Shown: in pieces, positions 31,601-42,565 of the stretch
How positions within the stretch are numbered: position 1 is the first letter of the stretch
How the letters are laid out: every line of letters begins with the position of its first letter
Assembly (NCBI RefSeq): GCF_964188315.1
Contig: NC_135656.1
Coordinates: 120,714,001 to 120,778,000 of the forward strand
Source of the DNA: Podarcis muralis
Lineage: Eukaryota
Length of the DNA: 64,000 nt
Reading direction: 5' to 3'
The notes under the pieces: generated by a model
The model's database searches: none
What the model saw: only the letters and a program-made list of their open reading frames with translations
Told to the model about the DNA's origin: nothing
Translations under genes and position numbers: made by a program

Positions 31601-34231
31601 GTCTTCCCCACTGTCCTCGGACCTCCTCCGAAGGCTGGTGGCGGGGCGGGGACACCTCCTCCCGCCGCCGCCGGGCTTCGGAATGCCTCCCCCCGCCGCC
31701 CGCCATCGGGACCATGCCCCGATGCCGGGCGGCGGGCGGGAACGGTCCCCGCCGCCGGCGTTTAAAAGCACTCTGGGGAAAGCAGCAAAGCGTGGCGCGC
31801 TTTGTTGCTTTCCCCGGAGTGCTTTTAAACGCGGGCGGCTGGGAGGGAATCCCTTGGACCCTCGCCGGACTTCAAAAGAGCTGCGAGAAGTCCGGGGGGG
31901 TCCAAGGGATTCCCTCACCGCCGCCCACCTTTAAAAGCACTCCGGGGAAAGCAGCAAAGCGCGGCGCGCTTTGTTGCTTTCCCCGGAGTGCTTTTAAACG
32001 CGGGCGGCTGGGAGGGAATCCCTTGGACCCTCGCCGGACTTCAAAAGAGCTTCGGGAAGTCCGGCGGGAGTCCAAGGGATTCCCTCACCGCCGCCCACCT
32101 TTAGAAGCGCTCGGGGAAAGCAGCGCGCTTCGCTGCTTTCCCCAGAGTACTTTTAAACACAGGCGGCAGTGAGGGAATCCCTTGGACCCCCTCCGGACTT
32201 CCCGCAGATCTTTTGAAGTCCGGTGGGGGGAGAAGGGCTTTTCTTCCTACCGCCAGCCTTCAGAACAGCCTTCTGAAGGCTGGCGGTGGGAAGAAAAGCC
32301 CTTGTCCCCCCCACCCAGCCTTCAGAAGAGGTCGGGGGACAGACTGTCCCCGGACCTGGTCTGAAGGCGGTTTCCATAGGAACGCATTGATTTTCAATGC
32401 ATTCCTATGGGGAACCGTGCTTCGCAAGACGAAAAACTCGCAAGAAGAAAAAACTCGTGGAACGAATTAATTTCGTCTTGCGAGGCACCACTGTATACCA
32501 TTACCCAGGCCTATGGCTATTAAATAATCTATGATCTGTAAAAGTGTGGGGACTATTATTATAATTAGGTTGTCTGTCAGAATGCTCTTTATTATGTTTT
32601 TGTCATTGATGCTGCGTAATGTGTTTTAATGTTGTACACCGCCCTAACAATATCTTCTTTCTCTCAAAAAAGGACTACCAGTTTCCAGATCTGACATCGC
32701 TTTGCAGAAAGAATGGGAAAATGCATTCACTGAGGGCTCTGAAGAAGAGGAGAAATTAGCAGGTAGGAGCTGAATTGACATAGGACTCCCTGCATTTTTG
32801 GCCTAGCAAGCTATGCAAACACCTGGCAGACATTTTTATTTCTGTGTGACCAGACTCCCGTGCCCTCCTTAATTCAGCTGGTGGGCACCAGAGGCAGGCA
32901 GGGCCTTTTTGGTAGTGTCTCCTGCACTCTGGAATTCATTTCTGAAAGATATACAACAGGGGCTCCCCTCAGTTTAAGAAAGTCTTTATAAAGGCTTACC
33001 TGTTTTCTCTTACCTGTAACTGAATGCTGAAGACGTAGCTCTCTACCCTGGCCTTGAGACCTGAGACATGTTTTGAGAGCCCGCCCCTTTCCCAGGACTG
33101 TAATTTTCAAAATTCTTTTTAAAATTACAAATTTATTTAATTTATGCTACTTATTTCACACACAAAAATACTTAGCAATTGATTATAGAAAAACCTCAAA
33201 GCAAGGCACATGTTGTATCATCGAACTACAGCTATTTCCTTGCAGGATTTGGGTTGTGCTTCAGAGTTAAAACAGAAATCAAGGGTAAATTCAAATCATT
33301 AAAAATGGTAATAAACTACAAACACACCAGTATTCTAGATATCTGGGTAGACTTGCCTGAGCAAAAAACGGTTTTAGCAGGCACCAAAAAGAGTACAGTG
33401 AAGGCACAATATGCAGGGAGTTCCGAAGTATAGAGACTGCCATACTAAAATATCAATTTCCCCAAAATGCGGAACATATTATGTGGCATGTGCAACAGTA
33501 TCAGTTATTATTTCCTTTTCACCATCAGAGGCTGTTTGATGGAATTGAAAGGGATCTGCCTCCCCACTTAATATTTTCTGCTTTTATTTGATTTCATTGA
33601 GTTTCCTTCCGGATTTGAGGACCTGTTCCTGATTTCTCTCTCGATTCTTTCAGGCGATGGGAGTGATAGTGATGAAGAAAACCGTCCTCAAAGAAAGAAA
33701 ACTGAACAAAAGCAGAAGAAGCGCTTGACTTCTGTAGGGGCTGGCTTCCGTGAAGTTCCAATACTGGCAGAACGTCATGCGGGAAACGAAAGGAATATTG
33801 AGAATGGAGAGACACTGTTGATGTGCTCAGAGTGTGGAAAGGGTTTCATTGGCTGGAAGAACCTTACTAAACATCAGAGAATCCACATGGGAGAAAAACC
33901 ACATGAATATTCAGAGAACAGGAAGCCATTCTCTCGCAGCTCAGACCAGGGATTCCATGTTGGCACAAAGCCCTATAAATGCTCAGAGTGTGGAAAGAGC
34001 TTTGTTCAGAGCACGTACCTGCGAGTGCATAAAAGAATTCACACAGGGGAGAAGCCGTACAAATGCTTCGAGTGCGGAAAGAGCTTCGTCTGGAGCGGAA
34101 ACCTCAACAGGCACCACAGAATCCACACAGGGGAGAAGCCGTATCAATGTTCCCAGTGTGAGAAGAGTTTCCGTCACAGATCAAGTCTTAAACTTCACCA
34201 GAGAATTCACGGAGGTGAACGCACTTTATAA
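27090..34231 (+). CDS. BED-BED-SCAN-KRAB-C2H2 zinc finger protein, copy 2 (877 aa)
   Basis: Exons 27090-28697, 29488-29614, 29734-29837, 29922-30048, 32673-32762, 33654-34231; frame open (2634 nt); KRAB-A W>R at 29970. Confidence 0.9.
29488..29614 (+). CDS. Copy 2 coding exon 2
   Basis: 127 nt, same splice sites as copy 1. Confidence 0.83.
29734..29837 (+). CDS. Copy 2 coding exon 3
   Basis: 104 nt, same splice sites as copy 1. Confidence 0.82.
29922..30048 (+). CDS. Copy 2 coding exon 4: KRAB-A (W>R variant)
   Basis: [36 protein letters not shown]; 127 nt. Confidence 0.92.
30317..30631 (-). mobile_element. Penelope-like retroelement fragment with inverted ends and a minimal hammerhead motif, copy 2 only
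   Basis: Imperfect 12-bp TSD ttaaaaacttta/ttaaaaccttta; inverted tccttcaagtagcaccttaaagaccaactaa ends; hammerhead core on the - strand at 30373-30410. Confidence 0.82.
30373..30410 (-). ncRNA. Minimal type I hammerhead ribozyme motif (Penelope-associated)
   Basis: The - strand reads GUAU-CUGAAGA-A-GUGUGCAUGCACAC-GAAA-GC-UC-AUAC: conserved core, palindromic stem II, and GUAU/AUAC stem I. Confidence 0.7.
31439..32493. mobile_element. 1055-bp non-autonomous Tc1/mariner (Tigger-like) element, copy 2 only
   Basis: 22-bp TIR cagtggtacctcgcaagacgaa (1 mismatch) with TA TSD; empty site cagcatTAtaccatta at 13976 and in unit 3; no transposase ORF. Confidence 0.95.
32673..32762 (+). CDS. Copy 2 coding exon 5: KRAB-B
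   Basis: 90 nt, aaaaag/GACTA...GCAG/gtagga. Confidence 0.77.
33654..34231 (+). CDS. Copy 2 coding exon 6: C2H2 array
   Basis: 578 nt, 9 nt longer than copy 1 (KKTEQKQKK); same finger set. Confidence 0.94.
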
Positions 34232-35097
34232 ACATCGAGGTTTTGGTGGAATACATACGTTAATTCGCATTACAAAACTTGCACTTGGGAGAAACTCAAC
34301 GGCCCTCCAGCTGTTTTGGGACTACACTTCCCATCATCCCTGACCACTGGTCCTGTTAACTAGGGATGATGGGAGTTGTAGTTCCAAAATACCTGGGGGG
34401 CCAAGTTTGCCTATGCCTGGATAGTGGAGCGTGGATATTCTGGTATCCCTTCAGGAGAAAGCACATGAATAATTACAGCAACCTTCACAATCTGATGCCC
34501 TCCAAATGTTTTGGACTACAATTCTCATCGGCCGCGTGCATCACAGCCACTGGGTTCCCCCAAAGAACATGGGTGGTGTTTGGTATTTTGTAGCAAAAAT
34601 CCACCTTCCCACCAAAATACAGAACAACCACATAGGATTTGCACCAACCTGGAGCTACGATACTTTTATCACTGTCCCGTTGTGTTTGAAAGGAACTATT
34701 GGACAGCACTTTGATTGACTTGTTTATTTCTAGAGTCACGTTTTCCCCTCATTATGACCTACTGGCATTGCATTGCAGTAGGATGTGAGGTTTTTCATCG
34801 TTTCTGCGGCTCCTGGGCTGCCTCAGGTGTAGCAGTGCAGAAAGGCGAGCCTACTAAACCACAAATGCAATGCAATGAGCTCTTTCTGCTTAGTTTTGTA
34901 CACAGCACACACATTTTGATAAATAACAACCTTTTGCATTGCCTTGGCGACATTTGAAAATATGTCCTAGAGATGCCAGTTTTGTGCGGATGCCTTTTGG
35001 ATATCTAGACTGGATTTGGAACACATCAAAGAAGAGTTTCAGTTAAATGTGTTGTAAATTTAAACAGGGAAATCCGGGAGGGAAAGATGGGACTCCA

Positions 35098-35130
35098 CAG
35101 CGCCATCTGGTGGCACAGTGTTATATTGCA
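35098..35130 (-). promoter_or_regulatory. CTCF-binding site, unit 2
   Basis: Identical to unit 1. Confidence 0.75.
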
Positions 35131-35845
35131 TACACAACACTTTTTCTTTACTAGCCTAGCCGAGTCCTTAATGTGATGAGCACTATGTATATAATGTGTT
35201 ATGTGTATTCTTATTTTGTTACTATTTGTATTTGTTATATAAGGTTATTTTTTATCTGTTGAATTTGCAAATAAACAGTTTTTTTAAATGAAACAAAATT
35301 TGGGGGGGGGGGGAATTGTGTTATATGATCTCGGCAGGCACTCCCAGTCACCAGTCTAGCTGCCGAATTCTGGATTAGTTGCAGTTTCCGGGTCACCTTC
35401 AAAGGTAGCCCCACGTAGAGCGCATTGCGGTAGTCCAAGCAGGAGAGGACCAGAGCATGCACCACTCTGGCAAAACGGTCCACAGGCTAGATTCTCTTGC
35501 AACACATTCTCTTGCCCTTCAGAAGAGAAGGACATCCCTTCCTTCTCTATCCCTTCCTCTTTGAGCTTCCATATCTCCTGGAAACCTTGCCCTTGGTCTT
35601 CAGGATTCCCTATTACGGACACTCCTATCTCTCAGTTGCTGGATCAAAACAATTTTAAATGTAATCACTCTATTTTGGGGTTGTTATTATGTTTACTGCA
35701 TTTGTTAGACACTTTTTCTTAGTGGAAAAAAAAGAGTCTCAGAGCAACCTAACCAGATAAACTAAAACACCTAATAATTAATTAAATAATTAAAAACACC
35801 TAAAATGCACATCCGGCAGCATCCATGCTTTTATCTTGTATTTAT

Positions 35846-36226
35846 TTGTTGTTGTTTAGTTGTTTAGTCGATTAGGACTCTTTGTGACCCCATGGACCAG
35901 AGCACGCCAGGCACTCCTGTCTTCCACTGCCTCCCGCAGTTTGGTCAGACTCATGCTGGTAGCTTCGAGAACACTGTCCAAGCTTCTCCTTGTGCCCTCC
36001 ATCTTTCCCAACATCAGGGTCTTTTCCAGGGAGTCTTCTCTTCTCGTGAGGTGGCCAAAGTATTGGAGCCTCAGCTTCACGATCTGTCCTTCCAGTGAGC
36101 ACTCAGGGCTGATTTCCCTAAGAATGGAGAGGTTTGATCTTCTTGCAGTCCATGGGACTCTCAAGAGTCTTCTCCAGCACCCTAATTCAAAAGCATCCAT
36201 TCTTTGGCGATCAGCCTTCTTTATGG
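35846..36226 (-). mobile_element. 5'-truncated RTE-BovB LINE, unit 2
   Basis: Same TSD; shares the internal deletion with unit 1. Confidence 0.92.
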
Positions 36227-36488
36227 ATCTTGTATTTATAGTTTGCTTTTATTTTTATTTTATCCCAGAACTGCCCTGAGATCTTTTGATGAGAGATGGC
36301 ATATAAATCTAATTGAAAAATATAAAAAATAAAATTGGTTAAAAAAAATCCTACCCCACCTGATTAAAAGATGAGAAGCACCATAGAAGGCACCGGCTTG
36401 GGGGGGGGGGGGGAAACACCTTTGGTGCCTGAAATACTTTCATCACATGATGAAAGGTTAGCTACTAGAGATAAGGCAATCAGTTAAT

Positions 36489-37270
36489 CAGGGCTGGATT
36501 TAGCAGAAGAGAGGCCCTGGGCTGCTCCACTTGTGAGGCCCCTCCCCACCCTCACAGCTAAAAGATAATGAAAGAGTGTTATAAACAGAACTGAATGAAG
36601 ACAAGGATGCTCAAGGGTATTTAAAATTCTGCAATTCTCAATTTCTCCTCCAAAGGACATAAGATGTTATTGTTAAACGCCATGGTGATTTTTTAAAAAT
36701 GAAAAAAAATTAACACTGAAAAACTTTTGCAGTACCTGAACTTCGTAAACCTTTTGTGGAAGAAGCATTACTTTTTAGGAAAATGAAGTTGCAATGTCAT
36801 TCTTTAAAAAAACCACACACCTTGAGTTTACAAATTATATTGCCTGGGAAGTGTAAATAATATGACCATGATTAGCTGCCAGTGTGGCACTTCTAGAATT
36901 TACTTTACGTTAAAACAAAAAAAAAAATCCTTCCAGTAGCACCTTACTTTACGTTGTCATTAAAAAGTCAGTTTTAAAATACATATTAAGAAGTAAACTA
37001 CAACCATCAAATACAGTAAGGCTAAAATGTTTTCCTCTCCTAGCCTTCCTCATAGGAAAATCTTCATCAAAATTTGTTTGTCTAAGTTTGTCACTTTCAG
37101 TATACAGAATGCTCAGTGTGGACAACCTTTCTTGAGACATTGTGGCCCTTAATTGATTTTTAATTCTTTTGAGTCTTGAAAAAAATCCTCTCTCCTGAGC
37201 AGCTAGTGACCATAGGGCTAAGAAATAGCTGCAAGATTGCTTCCACATTAGGAAAGGACACCTGGTGTGT
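36489..37270 (-). mobile_element. Decayed hAT transposon 3' end, unit 3
   Basis: As for unit 2. Confidence 0.8.
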
Positions 37271-38500
37271 TCCCTTGTATATAATTTGATAAAGATGAGA
37301 CAGAGACTTCTCTGCTGTTTACAATCCAGGGGTATATAAGATTTCTGAAATAAAGTTTCCTGCAATGCAGGAATCAGAATTCGATCCTTTGCAGCCCTTT
37401 CAACTCTGCAGTTCTGTAATTCTGTGCGATATATATATATATAAGACATTGCATATATAAATTGCAATTTCAGCTGAATTTGCGGGAACCACTTGAAGCA
37501 TTCCTTGTGTTGAGCCATTTCCATTGCTTTTGTTTATTTCCTCGTTGCAAACAGCTGAAAGTCTGTAAATGTTGATAATCAACTTGATTTTCAGTGGGTG
37601 GTTGAATAATTATAATTGCTACTGTAGATACATGCATATAGATTACATAGGTTTTGCCAGCCTTGGCTTCTTTCCTCTCCACCCCACCCCTTTTACATTT
37701 GCAAATGAAGCCCATCAAGCCAGGTAATTGCCCAGGGCATTCCCCATTGATAAGCAGATGAAGGTGAGGCTGGTGACCTACTTTTCTGCCCTCAAAGTCA
37801 AAGACTTGTTGCCATCCAGACCCCCAGGGGTCAAGTTAGTGATTAATTGGATTAGTTCAGTTTCACAGCCATAGCCTCACAGCTTTTGCCAACCTGGGAT
37901 GTCCTTTTAAGTTTACAGATAGGTAGCCATGTTGGTCTGCCATAGTCAAAACAAAAAAATATTCCTTCCAGTAGCTCCTACTGGAAGGAATATTTTTTTC
38001 TTTTAAGTTTAGTCAGGAATGTGTCTGGATACAACTGAAGATTCTTTCTACCCTCTGCAAGGCAGGGTGTGTTTGAAGTTTCAACACTCCAGGTGCTACA
38101 GGTCATAAGAAGATTATTTTATTCTTCTTGTAAACCACTCTGTGAGGTTTTTGTGTCGGACAAGCAGTATCTAAATTGAGAATTTGAGAATTTGAGAGAT
38201 GAATCATTTTACCATTTCTGGGGCTTACAGACTGCCTTTTATACATCAGTGTAGAGGTATACAAATTAAAAATTGAAATGAAATATTTCCTTTTAGTTTT
38301 GTAAAGGAATGTTAACAGAGAATATTTATTCAACACACACATTAAATAAACAAGGGCATTTTTCACTGACCTGGCTGCATTTGGAAATATTTAATATAGA
38401 GGTCAATTTCATGTAGGTGCATATATGGGCATCTTAGAGGGCTTGTATTTATGCTTACTGTATCCATAATGTGAACTGATGGTGACATTCCATTATTCAT

Positions 38501-38532
<32 letters not shown>

Positions 38533-39655
38533 TCTTTGTGGAATTTGCAATTATTTATTTTTCATGCAAATAAATCACCTTCCTGAGAAATTGTATGAGC
38601 AGAGGCAATAAATATACAAACAAATATCAGAAGCACAAACACACATAAGAAGGCAGGAAGAATCATAGAATTGTAGAGTTGGAAGAGACCCCAGGGGGTC
38701 ATCTAGCCCAACCCCCTGCAATGCAGGAATGCCTGCTGGATCAGGCCAGTGGCCCATCTAGTTTTCACGGTGGAAGCCCGCAACCAGGAACTAAGTTTGT
38801 TTGTCATTGGCATCCGTCTAACTCGAAAGACAATGGAGTGGCCTTGCAGGGGTGAAGTCAAACTGCTGCAATAGCAGCACTGAAGTGACCTCCCAAAGCA
38901 GCATCTGTGCACACGCGGGTTGATTTCGGCGCTTCTGTGCACGCGCAAAGTGCAATTTAGCGCTTCTGCGCATGTACAACCGCCGAAACCCGGAAGTCAC
39001 CTGTTCCGGTACTTCCAGGTTTCGGTGGTCTGCAACCCGAAAAAACGCAACCTGAAGCGGCTGTAACCCGAGGTATGGCTATAATAACAATATGATTCTA
39101 AGGTTTGTCCACTGTGTGAGCTATTTTATGCTCAGTGACAGAGTCACTGTGCCTGAAGCTTCTGGCTTAAACTTCAGCTTAGTTGGTAGAGCTCCAGGCG
39201 TCAGCAAACTTTTTCAGCAGGGGGCCGGTCCACTGTCCCTCAGACCTTGTGGGGGGCCGGACTATATTTTGGAAAAAAAATATGAATGAATTCCTATGCT
39301 CCACAAATAACCCAGAGATGCATTTTAAATAAAAGCACACGTTCTACTCATGTAAAAACACGCTGATTCCCAGGCCGGATTTAGAAGGCGATGGGGCCTG
39401 ATCCAGCCCCCGGGCCTTAGTTTGCCTACCCATGCTCTAGACTCTTAATCTCAGGGTTTTGGGTTCAAGCTCCATCTTGGCCAAAGATTCCTGCATTGCA
39501 GTGGGTTGGACTAGATGACCCTCATGGTCCCTTCCAACTCTGCAATTCTTAGTAAGAGCAGTTCAACAGCGGACTACCTGGGAAGGTTGTGGATTGATCC
39601 CATGGAGGTTTATAAGCAGAGGCTGGATGGCCCTCTGTCATGGATGCTTCAGCTG

Positions 39656-39998
39656 TAAAGGTAAAGGGTAAAGGGACCCCTGACCGTTAGGTCCAGTCGT
39701 GACCGACTCTGGGGTTGCGACGCTCATCTCGCTTTACTGGCCGAGGGAGCCGGCGTACAGCTTCCGGGTCATGTGGCCAGCATGACTAAGCCTCTTCTGG
39801 CGAAGCAGAGCAGCGCACGGAAACGCCGTTTACCTTCCTGCCGGAGTGGTACCCATTTATCTACTTGCACTTTGACGTGCTTTCGAACTGCTAGGTTGGC
39901 AGGAGCTGGGACCGAGCAACGGGAGCTCACCCCGTCGCGGGGATTCAAACTGCCGACCTTCTGATCGGCAAGCCTTGGCCTCAGTGGTTTTTAGACCA
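39656..39998 (-). mobile_element. Sauria SINE, unit 3
   Basis: Orthologous position; cagctg duplication. Confidence 0.9.
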
Positions 39999-40215
39999 CA
40001 GCTGAGATTCCTACATTGCAGTGGGTTGGACTAGATGACCCTTGGTGACCCCTTAGAACTCTATGATTCTATGATTGAAAGAGCCAGGGGGTAGTGGGTT
40101 CAAATCTTCACTCTCAGCCCTGGGTTCAAATCTTCACTCTCAGCCCTACCTACTTCACAGGGTTGTTGTTGGTGATTAAATGTGAAAAGCCCTGCATGCC
40201 AACTTTTTTGCTTCT

Positions 40216-40352
40216 NNNNNNNNNNNNNNNNNNNNNNNNNNNNNNNNNNNNNNNNNNNNNNNNNNNNNNNNNNNNNNNNNNNNNNNNNNNNNNNNNNNNN
40301 NNNNNNNNNNNNNNNNNNNNNNNNNNNNNNNNNNNNNNNNNNNNNNNNNNNN
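40216..40352. other. Assembly gap (137 N)
   Basis: N run at the position of the (AAAAT)n + poly-C tract of the other units. Confidence 0.99.
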
Positions 40353-41951
40353 AAATGGTACCTGAGCCCAACACCCCTCTCCCCATCTGCAATTTCTGGC
40401 AACTGACATTCACAGAATCATCGGATTGCAGCGTTGGAACCAAAGGCTCATCTAATTCACCCCCCTACAAGAAGCTCCTTGGATGGGGAAAAAAAGAGAA
40501 GTGAATTAGATAAATGCAATAAACAAACAGTACAAAAAATAAAAAAACGTGCTCAGGATATGAAAACTAGCCGGAGGCGTTAAACTCTCTCAAGTCTCCC
40601 GCTTTGATCCGAACAAGGTCAAAGCTCTCCATTCCGTGGTTGGGGGTGGGGGTAGGAGAGGGGACGACGACTTGGGAGGTCGCCACGCCTCCTGCCCTGC
40701 AACGACCCCACCCTTCTTTTCGGCAGCCGTGACTATTTATACCCTTCGTTTGCAAAGCTTTCTCACACGCGTTTGCGGGGTCGAGGAGAGGTCGCTGTCT
40801 TTTCTTCTCTGGGGAACGTGTGGATTACTGGAAATCATCTTTCGTCCAGTTTCCAGCAGCGCCCCTTTGGCTACAGAGAGCAGGATCGTCTGCCTAAAAC
40901 CCTGAGGTTGGTTCCTTTTTACAATTGCTATGAAGTCTTTTTTCCTTTTCAAATTGCCCACGCAGCCAAATTTAGCTTAAACCGCTCGGTTGTGCTGGGT
41001 TTAAGCGACACATGGCTGCAGCGGCGATTTGAGAAACACAATTGCGCACTGTAAACACGTTACCGCATTGGCAGGGTTTTAAGAACTCTTGTAATTTTAG
41101 TAAGAACAAATTTAGTTGGTCTCTAAGGTGCTACTACTGGAAGGATTTTTTTTATTATCATTTTGCTTCGACTACGGCAGACCAACACGGCTACCTACCT
41201 TTTTTTAGGGACACTATAGAAAATCTGAAGGAAAAATAAGATATGCAGTAGAAAAAAATATGGTAAAGGAACCAGGAGGGGTGGTGGTGGAGGAAAGTCA
41301 CGGGATTCAGGGAATCCCGGGGGCGGCGGGCGGTTTAATATTGCTTTAGTATATTTTTGTATTTTTCACTTTTGTTACTGTGCGTTTTTATTCTTGTGAT
41401 ATTTGTATAAAACCTAGTAAAATGTTATATATTTTCGCATTACGAAAGGCAGTCCAAAACATCCAGAGGGCAAGCCGATGCAGTTATTTGAAATTATGTT
41501 CTGCAAATAACACCATCGGCTTGCCCTTTCGATGATTGCGACTACCTTTCGTAATGCGAAACCTCCAGAGGTCTAGCAACTTGGCGTGCGCTCCCGTTGA
41601 CGCAGGGATTTGCTCCGGGGAAAAGCGGAGTGTGTGTGGCTCTGTCCCAATTGATAGATCCGATCTTTAAAAATCAAATAGAGATGGGAGTAGCGGGATT
41701 GGGGGCCTGGACAGAGAGGGGAGTTTTCTGAAAACTTTTGCCGGCAACCAGAAACTCTTTTCTCTCTCTCCCGACACCGCCGTCGCCAAAAGGGGATGTT
41801 TGGCACGTTGGGGAACCAGGGGCGGACTGCATTGCAAGAAGGGTCAGTGGCGCAGCATATGCCGTCGCTGCCCAGGGCAGGCGCGTTCCCAAGGGGCGCG
41901 GGGGGCGCGCTCCGAGGGGCGCGGAGAGTGCGCTCCCAGGCGCGGGATAGC

Positions 41952-42565
41952 CGCGCGCGCGCACCCAGCGATCCGGCTTCCTTCCCGCTCTCTCCCCTGC
42001 TTGCTTGCTTGCATGCCTCCTCCAGCCCTGAGCGCGGGGCAATTACGCACCGCCTGCCCGTGACTCCCGCGCCTACAGCCAGGGGAAGGCGAGAGCTGCT
42101 GCTGCTGCGCGCTCCCGGCTGGGGAAGGCAGGCAAGCAAGCAGGACGGGAAGGAGACGCGCGCGCACCCATCAATCCGGCTTCCTTCCCGCTCTCTCCCC
42201 TGCTTGCTTGCCTTGCCTCCTCCATCCCTGAGCGCGGGGCAATTGCGCACCGCCTGCCCGTGACTCCCGCGCCTACAGTCAGGGGAAGGCGAGAGCTGCT
42301 GCTGCTGCGCGCTCCCGGCTGGGGAAGGCAGGCAAGCAAGCAGGACGGGAAGGAGACGCGCGCGCACCCATCAATCCGGCTTCCTTCCCGCTCTCTCCCC
42401 TGCTTGCTTGCCTTGCCTCCTCCATCCCTGAGCGCGGGGCAATTGCGCACCGCCTGCCCGTGACTCCCGCGCCTACAGTCAGGGGAAGGCGAGAGCTGCT
42501 GCTGCTGCGCGCTCCCGGCTGGAGAAGGCAGGCTAGTGAGCGGGGGAGAGGACGGGAAGGAGACG
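41952..42565. repeat. GC-rich VNTR, 3 x 200-203 bp
   Basis: Recurs at 41957, 42160 and 42360. Confidence 0.95.

Larger units (their letters stand above)
18222..36521 (+). repeat. Segmental duplication unit 2 (18.3 kb)
   Basis: Colinear with unit 1; the ORF track repeats with near-identical translations. Confidence 0.97.

Noticed and set aside
40095-40146. 26-bp tandem duplication unique to unit 3
   Set aside because: It lies 70 bp from the assembly gap and cannot be told apart from a contig-end artefact without reads.
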